This document shows positions 38,985-50,699 of a DNA stretch of 64,000 nucleotides, piece after piece; positions within the stretch are counted from its first letter, which is position 1; each line of letters begins with the position of its first letter. Both the position numbers and the translations under genes were made by a program. The notes below the pieces were generated by a model. That model made no database searches. It was not told where the DNA came from and saw nothing but the letters and a program-made list of their open reading frames with translations. This stretch comes from Aplysia californica (lineage: Eukaryota). The DNA lies in assembly GCF_000002075.1 (NCBI RefSeq), contig NW_004797290.1, positions 2,260,123 through 2,324,122 of the forward strand, in the 5' to 3' direction.

Positions 38985-41900
38985 ATGGTGGGTTTGGCTT
39001 ATATGTGCGGTTAATATCCACAAAATCCTTCTCTATTATCCACTTTTGTGAATGTTTGTCGCTTCCATTGTACAGCTGAATATTTTATTTATCAGTTTTG
39101 TTTGTGGCTGTATGAAGTTTTAGGCGTATTTTGTTTTGATTTTGATTATACATTGCTAATGTCCGATGTGTTGTTCTCCTCAGGCCAAGAGAACCAAGAA
39201 GGTCGGAATTGTCGGTAAATACGGCACCAGGTATGGCGCCTCCCTCAGAAAGACGGTGAAAAAGATGGAAATTACACAGCACAGCACTTACATATGTCCC
39301 TTCTGTGGAAAGGTTTGTGTATTAGAATCTAGCATAAACATTAGCCTATTCTTTGGTAAGATGAAAGTATCCTTTTTACTATTTTTAGGATTTTAGGCCG
39401 AAAAGAGGCATTTGGTGAGGATGATTGTGGCTGGATTGTACTTTTGCGGCACTGGACCGCCCGTCTGGGCCAGTGATTACTACGCTCGCCTTGATCTGGC
39501 CTAACTACGCACTCGTAGTCCTCTACCTGCAGACAAAAGGTCTAGATCTAGTTCCACGGCAGCCAGCGGCGAGGCGAGAGGTGGTGGTTGAGGGTGGGTA
39601 GGCGATTTAACTCTTATCCTGCGTCTGTGCCCAGATGCGTATCTTTTATCAGCAACCGATTACATCGGACTGGCCGGGCAGGCCGCCGAGGTCACTCAGT
39701 GTGTACTGTTGGTGTACAGTGCGCATTGTTGGTGTACAGTGCGCACGCCGGGAAACGTGTTTTCGCCATGAATACCACGGGAGTGTGTTAACTGATGATG
39801 AAAATAACGCTCTATCCTTCATAGCATTCTATTTATAAAGTGTTACAAACACATGAATAACCCCCTCTCACAAGCTGATAAGACATTACCAGTAGTTACG
39901 CCCATTTGAATAACCTTTCTGGACGCTCTTGTTGTTATGAATGACCTGAGGTTCGAAAAGGGATAATTTACGTTAGGTCAATTTCCGAATGTTTTACACT
40001 CAAATTGTTCTTTGTACCTGCACAAGGGTATTCAAAACTATTAAACAAGCTCATTTTTTATCAGGTAGGATCATTTCATACAAAATCAAGCTCATTTGAA
40101 ATATTTTGTATAGAAAAATGGAAGTCTTGTTTCCTGACTATCCTTTCGAGCTCCTCATGTCTAAGTCTAAGTGGGTCAATTTCTTCTATAATTTCATTGG
40201 ACGAACATCTAGAGCTATCAATTTGGCATGTTTTGAATGAGACGTATACCTCGATTACGAACCAACGCAGGTGGTTCTAGAAGAAGGCCACAAACGCACA
40301 CAAACTCAAGCAGACTGACGCACACACACTTGAACTGCGTGAATGGGGATCCGACTCGGGACCCGAATGACACGTAAGAGGATGCGCGTGCGCTGAACCA
40401 GGAGCTACACTGACTCGGGACCAGAACGCAGGCGAGGTGCCGAAACAGGCTTATCGGGCTACATAAATCCGGCTCCCGCAGGATGAGGGTTAAATTTGGT
40501 GGACCCACCGTGTATCATTCCAATGGCGGCAAATGGCAATAGTGGGAGGGGGCGGGGGTTCAGGGGGGCTTGCCCCCCATCATCCATGGAAACAATAATC
40601 AAGAAAACACCACACAGATCTAGATCTAGTACATAGATATTTTCTAAATCTAGGGCCTAGGCAAATGCAAAACAACATGAGCGGACTCTACAATGTCGAG
40701 CAAATAAGAATCGAAGTGGCTAACTGTACAAGTAAGGTTCAAATAGGTAAAAATTATATTCAGACTTGCATCCAAATAGAGGTGGCCCAAAAAAAAGATC
40801 TAGATCTAGATCTCTACTACCTTTCCTCCTCATTGGTGTCAGCAATATCGACCTCTAAATCGCTCATTTGATTTTGATATTTTGCTGTAATTTTTGTTGA
40901 GGGAAGATTGAAGAATACCGGACCGCTCGTACATTATTGCGCGAGAAAGTTGGGGAGGGGGGGTTCAGGGGGGTCTCCCCCCTGACAAAATTTTAAGGAA
41001 TAGATCTACCGGTCCGAGACTCTCCATTGAGAGATATTAAAAACGGGAAAATTATGAATTCCTAAGGTTGAGACATAGGCAAAGTCAGTCCGCTGGTCTG
41101 GTATTCTTCAATCTTACCTTTGTTGAAAAAGAAAGAATAACAATGCAATAGTTGTCGAAGCCTGCAAAACCTGGCCATTTAGCAGTTTCAAACAACTTGG
41201 CCGGGTTATGCGGGCTTCGACAACTAACTGAAGATAAAAATCCCTAATTGTTAAAAATCGATTCTTCTGTTTGCACAACCCTTCTGTTTTCCGATAGAAC
41301 ACGTTCAATTGAAGTGGATTCCGCTGTATTTTTTATATCAAGAAATACTTGGTGATTTGCATTGAATGTTTAGAAATTAGATCTAGAGTGGATGTTCAGT
41401 GATGTGATACCATGGCTATATATGTAAATAAAATTTACGATCCAAGAACTGAAATGTGTATATATTTTTTTTTTTATATCACAGGAGGCTATGAAGAGGA
41501 AAGCTGTCGGCATTTGGGAGTGTTCTCGATGTGCCAAAGTTGTCGCCGGAGGTGCCTGGGTTTACTCGTAAGTGTACTCATTGACTTCTTGTTCGCTAGG
41601 GGTTTGCTGTTGGTGTTTGGGTGCTTAACCCTTAACTTTAGTCCTGCGGGGTTAACCGGAAGAGGGCTCTTATCGATCGATGACCCACTTACGTCGCCCG
41701 CGAGCTTGTGCCGCGGGGCGCCGGGGTCAGACACCGGTCACGCGAGCGTGCCGCGGCAGGTCAGGGAAACACCTCATCTTTTACAGCAAACTGATACGAT
41801 CAATGAATAAGTGTTACGATCACACGAATAATCCCATTTTCTCCTCGTCGGTTGATCAGAGACGCTGAGATTGGAAGTTACACCAAATCGAATAACTTTT

Positions 41901-43234
41901 CCAAAGTTTTCCAGATTTCACACCTTTTATGAATGAACTTGCGAACAGCTGCTTATTCAGCTATCGTTCGAAAGAGGGAAAAAATGGGATAATTTCCTAA
42001 TATTTTTTTATTCAGTTGCTCTCAAATTTCTCCCTCTGGTAGGACAATGGTTCAAAAACCACCAAATATGATTATTTACATCAGGAAACAACGTTTGGTG
42101 TTAGAATTAGATCGTTTGAAAAGTGAGGAAAGGTGTTTGCATTGAAAGATGAAAGTCCTATTTCCTGAATATCCGTTCGAGTCCTTCAAGTGTCTAACTG
42201 GGTCAAAATGCTCATATTTCATTGGATGAACGTCTCAACCGGCGCTCTGTTATCTCTACCAACGCCTCGCGTTGCAAAACAATGCAGTAAGTTCCAGATG
42301 GACACACAGGCACAAGCAGACTGACCCACACACATTTTAGCACACAGATGCAGACCCCCGCCCTAAACGAAATGCGTTGCCCGCGCGGGACGACGACTGA
42401 TCAGGGACCAGCTGTGGAGCGCCAGGCGAGATTGCGCTTATTGGGCAAACATTTATCAGGGACTAGAATTTTAAGGGTTAAAACCCTATGCCGTATTTTC
42501 CTATACCGCTGGTCGACTTTATAGTTTAATTCCCAGTGCTAGAAACATGGAATGTAACTCCAGATGACTCTGTCGTGAGCAGAAAGTACCGATAATGTCA
42601 TGAGAGAAATTCTACATCGAAAGTTTGGAAATTTTGCGAGTTTTAAAGAAAAATTAGTCACTTTTCGCTGCCAGGCCCTTCAGGCCGCAAATTGTTTTAC
42701 CTTTTTGATCTTGAACCAGACCCCAATAATGATCTCCTAGTCCATATATCGATAAATATAACCGTTGAAGACGATTGCAGTGTTCTGCATAACATCGATG
42801 ATGATTTTGATGATAGTGGAATTGGCAGGGGATCGCCACTAAAGCTACCAGAGGCTAGATCTACGGCTGGGTCTAATGATGCTTTGACTGAAGCGGAGTC
42901 AGGGATCACACACAAGACTTAACTCACAGAGTTGGTCATAAAAACTAGGGTTTTAACCTTTTCCCCTTTTGTTCAGACTGTGCATTCATAAATAACATTT
43001 TCAAACTTCCGTAAAATCTAACTACAATTAAACACACAGAAAATAAAACAATGAACCAACCTAGTTTTTTCTAGTATCTCAATTTTAATTCAGGATTCTA
43101 GGGAGGTATGAAAAAAAAGAATTCAGGGTTTTAAGGGTTAATTGATTGCTCTGTTTGCTTCCTGGGGAGGGGGGGGGTGCTCAAAGTTTCTTCAGGCTAC
43201 TGTGCCTGCGGTCTGGGTGTGTGTGTTGGGTTTG

Positions 43235-43297
<63 letters not shown>

Positions 43298-45451
43298 ATC
43301 TTTCTAAGAAATTGCGTGAAGCTCGAACACAAACACGGAATAGTGAATAGTCTAGCTAATTAGGTCGCCATAGAGGTCTACAGTCTACAGTCAATGTCCT
43401 TTGAGCTGCACTTGAGACAATAATGGGTCTAATATTTAAGGACGGAAAAGGCGAGGTCTGTAAAATACACACACACACACAACCCTGAAGCAGTTAACTG
43501 TGCTCTTTTTAGCGCGCTGCTCGATATGCATGCCCTCTGCGCATGCTAAGGTCCTAAGCCTAGCTAAGCTTGTGTGGAGCGGGCTAGAGGAGGGGTTGTG
43601 CATCACTCGATCGGCTGCCCCACCCCTCTTTTGAAAGGACTGCGCTCTTGGTGGGAGAGGTGGGGTAGGGCTGCCTTGTTTTGTCGTCCCGTTGTTGATT
43701 ACTGTTGCGATATGCACCATTCGATTTGTGCAGACTAAAGACTGCTCACACTGACCCGCGCAGTTAAACTGTCTTAGTACCGGTAGGCTCAGTTACCACT
43801 GACGGGGATTGTTTTTCATATTGGGTAATTATATTTTGAAAACGTGTGTGCATTCACGTGTGTGTGTGTGAGCTGGAAGAACTGAGAGCGTGGGATGTAA
43901 TGATGTTGATAATCTGGCAATCAGTGCATCATGGACTGTGTGTTGATTTTCTCAAATTTGCTAAATCACAGAACCAGTTTTAATCGGTAATAGGCCTGTC
44001 CCCGTTGGATTGTGCAGCCACGTTTTTTCGCGTAGACCTGCAACATTTGCAAATGCATAATTTTGGATTCCCCGCATGTTTTTTTTTTCTTCACACAAAA
44101 CAATTAACGCCTCGCCGTGTGACTAAAGGGAAGTAATCACTGTAATAAGTCTCATTTCAGTGACAAGCTGGTGATAAATTTCCCTTGTTAAAAGATTTTG
44201 GTTGTGGGTGGGGATTTTGTTCCTTGAGCATGTTCAATTTTTTTTCAATCCATTAAAAGTTGTGTGCGCCCGCCCCCCCGAAGGGGGGCAGTGCCACTGG
44301 CTGAAGTGTCTTTAGGTCATTTCCGAAGGGGGGACATATCTCGTTCAAGCATAATAGAATTGTAAATGGGCTGACTCATGACACGCTCATAACTGTGCCT
44401 GATCTACAACAGGAAACTGCTGTTTTTTCTTTCCTGATCCTTACTATTGTCATTTTCCTCTACTTCTTTTGTATGTTTGTCACTCCCTTGTAACCTGCTA
44501 TTTTGGGGTGCCTTGGTAGTCGAAGCAGACTTTGTGCTGTTGAAGCTAGAGAGGTGAACAGAATAGGTCTGATTCCCTGCTCTGCTGACACCCAGCCCTT
44601 GGCACTCATATGACCTTATGCAGTTGCGAGCGCCGTAAAACCTGCTTTTTTTTTCTTTTTTTTAAAAGTTGTTCTCATGTCTGCTGATGTTTCATGTTTG
44701 ACAGGTGTCCCTGGTTTTAGTAATGTGCCAGCATCAGAGGTCCAGATGTCCTTAAAAATTTTTTTTTTTTTTTACATTTTAAGTTTCCTCCATAGTTGAA
44801 AGTTACACAGAGATTGTTTTTTGGCTGGGTTTTTTTTTCTGACTGATGTGTATTGTTTTATTTTCAAATACACAACAAATTACTGATACTGATATGTTGT
44901 TTTCAATTTTTCTGTGCATAAAACATGAAAATCGTGGGTAGGTCTACAATGATGGGCAGTGCTACTGACTGAAGTGTCTTTAAGCCATTCCCAAAGGGGG
45001 CGCATTACCTGTTCTTATGCACAGTAGAATTGTAAATGGGCTGATCCATCAATGTCATACTCATAACTGCCTGAACTGCAACAGGGAACTGCTGCTTTTT
45101 CTTTCCTAATCTTTGCTATTGTCACTTTTCCTCTACTTCTTTTGTCATGTTTATCACACTCTTGTGACATGCTATTTCCGGGGTGCCCTGATAGTCGAAG
45201 CTGACTTTATGCTGTTTAGCTAGAGCGGTGAGCAAAGTAAGTCTGATTCCTTGTAAGGACTTATCAGTTGACATCCACCCCTTGGCGCTCATATAACCGT
45301 ATGCAGTTACGAGCGCCGTTAAGCCTCTACTAAAGCTAAAGTTTATATTTTAAAAGGTTAATGTATGGTTTTGTTTTTTATTTTCAGAACGACAGCAGCT
45401 GCTCAAGTCCGCAGTGCTATCCGTCGTCTGAGAGAAATGAAGGAGATCTAA
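38985..45451 (+). CDS. RPL37A: 60S ribosomal protein L37a (eL43), 92 aa, 4 exons
   Basis: Exons 38985-38987 (ATG|gt), 39184-39312, 41485-41567, 45388-45451 give [93 protein letters not shown]4 zinc ribbon present. AATAAA at 45455-45460. Confidence 0.97.
39611..40489. mobile_element. piggyBac-like MITE in RPL37A intron 2
   Basis: TTAA|CTCTTATCCTGCG ... CGCAGGATGAGGG|TTAA. Internal homology to 41629-42477 (TTTCCTGAxTATCCxTTCGAG, TTTCATTGGAxGAAC, CAAGCAGACTGAC). Confidence 0.75.
41629..42477. mobile_element. piggyBac-like MITE in RPL37A intron 3
   Basis: TTAA|CCCTTAACTTTAGTCC ... GGACTAGAATTTTAAGGG|TTAA. A further piggyBac-like piece follows (42482-43141) ending AGGGTTTTAAGGG|TTAA. Confidence 0.75.
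44286..44643 (+). mobile_element. Retroposon-like repeat, copy A, with I/Nimb-type 3' stem-loop
   Basis: Colinear with 44954-45326 over about 360 bp. Ends GGCACTCATATGACCTTATGCAGTTGCGAGCGCCGTAAAACC. Confidence 0.6.
44954..45326 (+). mobile_element. Retroposon-like repeat, copy B
   Basis: Diverged paralog of 44286-44643 with terminal stem GGCGCTC/GAGCGCC. Confidence 0.6.
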
Positions 45452-45582
45452 GTTAATAAAATGAGATAAAGTTTCAGTTGCGTTTTTGTTGTCTTTTTTT
45501 GGTTTATAATATTATATATTAATTTCCTGTTAGTGTTGTATTGTCCAGGTTCTTTTCATTATAATTATTTTTTATTTAAGTC

Positions 45583-46245
45583 AGGCCTACTACTACTAGT
45601 AACAACTACCACACAAGTACAATGATCATATGTGAAGCCTGCTGACAAAATGAGTTACTTTTCGGATTCAAGCTTTAATAGTTTCAACATTGGATGAACA
45701 TGAATGAGTGTATTTGGATTTTAGTAGGCTGCTTAAGCCTGTTGCATTATATTGCGTGTCTTTGAATTTGGGATTTTTTCAGCACCATAGATTCGGTGAT
45801 CTTCAAGGAATGGCTTGACTCGATGTCTTCCCATTTTAGTTTTAGTCTTGCGGTACAGCAGGCCTACTGGGTACAAGTCAGGAAAATTTTACCAACGGTG
45901 TTGTGGGGGGGGTGTAGATCTGTCTTGGTCCTTGATTCAAGTACATTTCATTCCTGTATGTGAGGCGAGCTGACAAAATGAGTTGCTTCTCGCAATCCAC
46001 AAATGGAGATATTGGCCAAAATGGACATTGGGGTCAAATTTGTAGATTTTCTATTAATTCCATTATATTCTTAATTATAACCCGTCTTTTATTATTTCAT
46101 ACTTATAAATTGTAAAAACTTCACATGTAAGCATGATGTATACATTTCTTTAAAGCTTGAATCCGAAAAGTAACTCATTTTGTCAGCAGGCTTCACATAT
46201 GATCATTGTACTTGTGTGGTAGTTGTTACTAGTAGTAGTAGGCCT
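45583..46245. repeat. Perfect 96-bp inverted repeat (45583-45678 / 46150-46245)
   Basis: AGGCCTACTACTACTAGTAACAACTACC...TTCGGATTCAAGCTTTAA and its exact reverse complement, separated by a 471-bp spacer. Confidence 0.92.
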
Positions 46246-46780
46246 AATCTACTGATTAAGAATGACATTTCAAAAATTGAGCTTTATAAGTTTCCTTAGC
46301 TTGGAGTTTGAATTCTCAGCATTTGGCATTTACTTTACTCAATGGTCCTAAATTTGTTCTTTGGGACACTATTTCTGATCAGTTCCTCCACCTTTGTCAT
46401 CTTTTAGATGGATCACTAAAGAAGTCCATTTCAACATGGTAAAGTTCTACTCCCACTGAAGCATGATTGCTTTGTTTGTTTGTGTGAAATGCGGGCTATA
46501 AATACTGTGGACAAACATGCTCCGAATTCATCCCTTTTGTCACTTGCACTACAAAAGGATAAGTTGATGATTGCTCTGCGGTTGTACCAAACTGAGCAGG
46601 ATCTAGGCTGAGTGATGCTAATACTATTACCACAGCAAAGCAAACAATAGGTTCACATGCTTTTATATAGCGTCAGTCTCCAGTTCTAGAGAACCTTATT
46701 CTTAGTTACGGTGACAGTGACATTTGAGTTATTGTTACAAGTTGCACAAAAGGTGTCTGTTTCACTCTGCTTGCATATTG

Positions 46781-47132
46781 GGGTCTGGTGCAGTGGTCAG
46801 GCGCTTCACTGTCATACACACGGGAGACTCGAGTGGTGAAAAATTTTGGTATCTGCAAGGATGAATCTCTCTCGGCCTGGGTTGGCCATGACTGACTGTG
46901 TAATGAAAACCAGTGTTGGAAGCCCTAAATGGTCTCAGTTGGGATATTTACTAAAAACTTGTTTAAAAAATATAAACTGTCAATTTGAGTCATGTGGAGG
47001 AATTTCACAGAGTGAGAGACTGCACATCTGCTCTGCAAAGTGTCTGGTATAGCCAAATGGCTGGTGTGAGGACTTGCGATTAACAGCGTAAAGGGTCTGC
47101 GGCGGTCTGAGGACCGACAAGTATCAGTATCA
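46781..47132 (+). mobile_element. Decayed tRNA-SINE (related 3' parts at about 5622-5770 minus and 50240-50390 plus)
   Basis: Head TGGTGCAGTGGTCAGGCGC. The 3' motif GTGAGGACT...TCTGxGG..G.C..AxGACxGAC is shared by all three. CTGGCATCGxCAGATATCAGxCCAA is shared by the latter two. Confidence 0.5.
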
Positions 47133-49204
47133 GATTAAAATTAAAAGTTTGGCAAGACTGGCTACAGTTTGTCTTTTCTTTACTTCTGCCACTAGTCAAG
47201 ATGGCACTTGATGCCATCCCATATATATTATATACATGTAGTATACTGTCAACTTTATGTTTGTCCCAAAGTAGGCGGTGTAATTATAATGAGGTTTGAC
47301 TGGACTTTTTTTTACGTCTTAGTTGACTTAGATCGTTTTTCAATTTTCAGTAAAGTCCAGAAATGTTTATTTGGACGTCAAAGTCAAAGGTGTTGACACA
47401 CACACACACACACACACACACACCCCACCTGTTACGGGAAAAAATAAAAATTGCCCACTGGTCGGGACAAATGCTGAATTCTTTGATTTCATCATTTTGA
47501 CAAGAGCCTGCTTTCACCACGATGACACAATTTATCAATTGTAGAAGTAGAAGGGCATATATATATATAAATCTTAACGTACTATAATAATGTACCAAAA
47601 TCCTGAGCTACGAGGCGACAACTACATTATAATTAATATAATTTAGTTTTAATAAACGTGCAGTTACTAGTTAGTACCCTACATTAGGCTACTTAAGTTA
47701 AAATGTCAATGTGTACAGTAAAACCTAGTTATACTTGTCTTATACCGCCAGCATCGGGACAAGTGTGAAATTGGGAGTATGCGAATGGGAGGAGGGGGGG
47801 GGGGGGAGCTGGCAATATATTTTTTAGGATCTGTTGCTGTGATCCATACAAAAGCACAGACTGCCCAACGTCAAAAGAAATGATTCTGCCGTGACAAGAT
47901 GGACAATGTTTGAATGACATCAATATTAATGGGCTACCAGACTGCCAGGGTACATTGTATTTCCTTTCGTACAATATTCTGAGTATGAGATGGGTTCCCA
48001 GACCTTACTTTTTGGTTGTGATTGTCATGATCACTCTAACTCTAAGCTGAGCTCTTTGTAGTCAGTCATGCTTGGGAAGAAAGGTAGATTTCATCATAGC
48101 ACAGCTACTGAATGCCACGTAGTGTAATATAAATCTGGTGATGTTACGTTACCGTTACTGGGCAAATTTCTATTTGTACGTACGGTAGGCCTATCGTGAA
48201 ACGGATGTAACGAATTTAGTGGGCCTGACCTTTGATTTTGTTGAACCTGTTTTTATAGTTACGTGAGCAACAAGTTGAGTCATGATGTGTACGGTAGGGC
48301 TTAACGTACGGTAACGTCTGCTTCCATTTCCACAGACGACGAGTGAGCAAGCAATTCATTATTCATGGAGAATTACATCTATTTCTAGACTAGCCTTTCA
48401 TCACCTAACTTCGAAGTAGCCAGGGGGAGGGGGTGGAAATAAGTGAGACGCGTCTGTAGTGTTTCTCTGCTGATTTACCACGCCCAAAACACTCGTGCCT
48501 CCGCCCCTACCAATCCCCTCAGACACATGCACTATACTATAACGTAACAGTCACCCAACTGACCTGTCTTGACCCTGGCAAATACTGTACACTAAAGACA
48601 CGTCAGGTCTTGCGACAACAACACAGTTGTGTGGTGAAGTGGTGTGACAGAAATCTGATCGGACGCATTATATTAATATTATAATATGGGAACCCTTATA
48701 ATATATGATGAGGTGATAGGCTTGGCTAAAGCGTGTTAAATGTTATGATCCACGGTGCAAGTATCTTGGAATAGAGTACATACTACATGTAAATCAGATA
48801 AGGTTAACTGCAACTCTGTTGAATCCGACTTCGCTTAATTTATGTGTTTCATTTGAATCGCAGTAGTTCGTTGATTTTTTGGCAATGCATGTATAAAAAT
48901 GGGGAATCCATTTTCTTTCGTTGAATCAGAGTATATTAGTTTAGTTAGGGCTGTACAATGTACTACTTGGGCGGATGGTGGTATAAAGAGGCAAATAGTA
49001 AGTTTTAATTATAGGCATTCCTTGTCGTGCAGTGGCAAAACCTTGTGGTATACTGTATGATGTAAAAGGGTTTGACTACTGTGTTACTGATACATGAAAA
49101 ATAGGATGACAGGCCCAATCCAGTAGACTGGGATCAAATTCTGGACTCTGGCAATAGAACCAGAGATGGCATGTAGTGATAGATATATTTTTAATTTAAT
49201 TATA

Positions 49205-50683
49205 CAGTCAAACTTTATTACAGTCAGTGGAACTCGGGTTCAACGAGATGAGATAGATTCCCCGTTTTTTTTTTTTTTCTTCTTTAAAACTACAAAAAAA
49301 ATAACTCGGATTCAACTAGCACTTAAATCAGCGAGCTCGGATTCAACGAGGTCACTTCTAGGGTGAACTGCCCCCGCAGACGTGGCTTCGCTCATTTTTC
49401 TACCAGAACGAACTTTATCTATTCCCGGAAACCATCCATTGCAACTGCATCGGGAACCATTATTCACTTGGCCGATTGCATGCGACCAATCAGCGGCCTT
49501 TTTTATCATACCAACGCATGCGTTGTTCAGTTGTTGGTTCGCGCACGTGTCTACTCTGGCGTGTGTCGGAGTCGGATGGGCGGCCTGCACACATGTGAGT
49601 GTGTGTCGGGGAGGAAGGGGGGCGCCCTAGCGATCCGGGCGTTGAACGTCGCAGATACAAACGTGTCACAATCTTTTTCCCCCCTCGGCAACTGATCATT
49701 ATTACAACGATAAACTAGTCTTGAAGTAGACCTTCGTAATGAATTGTGCGCTTGTCTATGAAATCAAAAGTTGCCGATATGCTAGGATCTACACTGTGCA
49801 CAACAACACAACTTTGTGGTAAACAATCAAGATGACACATGAATGCATTTGAACGAATCAGTCTTTTTTTTTTTTTACACAGCTCATAATCTGCGGGCAT
49901 TTCACTACAGGCACTATTTGTGACTTCTCTTTATACATTACTTGCTCAGTGCCTGTAATTATCTACACAAAACCTCATGTTTGCTAATTTAACGAACACT
50001 TGGATTCAACGAGATTTTAGGTCATGCCCGGCGACCTCATTGAATCCGAGTTCCTCTGTATACCATACCCCTCTCCTGATAGTTATAACACCAGCCCTGC
50101 TTAATGCCAGGTTATGCCAATGTATATTTAATTTGTCACCGATTTGCACTGATTATGAAAAGGGCCAATATTTTTTTTAAAAATTTGAATCAAATTTTTA
50201 AATCGTTTGGAGAAAATTCAAAGGAAGTGCACCACTTCTACCTGTTGGAAAAGTCTCTGGCATCGCCAGATATCAGGCCAACAACTAAAAGCAAAAATGC
50301 GAGCGGACACCTGTGTGTGTGGCTTCTAGTTTTATACCGTGAGGACTCAAAATAGGTGGAAGGTCTGAGGTGACCCGAAGACTGACGACTTCTAAGGTCA
50401 GTATCATTGACCCATTTAATAGTAATAGCCAAGCTTCTAATCCGGCAGATATTTTGATTTTGATTATTTTTATGTAAAGTTCAGTTTGACCTGTACATAA
50501 AGTTGGTTGCTACTTGTTTTCCCCTGAACATGGCAATCGTGCAAGACATCTATCATCTAGATGAGTCAAGACTGGCCACTTTTATTTGTCTCTACCACTG
50601 TTCAATTTTTTAAAACTGCCATCCCCGCTGTACCGCCAACTCCATGCTTGTCCCAAGGTAGGCGGCATAATGGGGTTTGATTG
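49205..50683. mobile_element. Tc1/pogo-type MITE carrying nested insertions (uninterrupted relative at 61377-61864)
   Basis: TA|CAGTCAAACTTTATTA..TACCAT ... GGCGGCATAATGGGGTTTGATTG|TA. Internal GCTTCTAATCCGxCAG...TGGCAATCxTGCAAGACA...CAAGACTGGCCA is shared with 61559-61698. Confidence 0.7.
49221..50058. mobile_element. pogo/Tigger-like MITE nested in the left TIR of the previous element
   Basis: CAGTGGAACTCGGGTTCAACGAG ... CTCATTGAATCCGAGTTCCTCTG|TA. Removing it restores CAGTCAAACTTTATTATACCAT. Confidence 0.8.
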
Positions 50684-50699
50684 TAAATATGTTGTTTGA

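Noticed and set aside
42692-42922. Acidic 76-aa ORF in RPL37A intron 3
   Set aside because: It lies inside a piggyBac-like fragment, has no ATG start or splice support, and is at most a transposase N-terminal relic.
43930-44048. Possible H/ACA snoRNA in RPL37A intron 3 (hairpins and ACATTT)
   Set aside because: No ANANNA H box between the hairpins, and the 3' hairpin is too short.
44668-44752. Imperfect hairpin CTGATG...CATCAG between the two intronic repeats
   Set aside because: No convincing H, ACA or C/D boxes. It cannot be told from chance without a covariance search.
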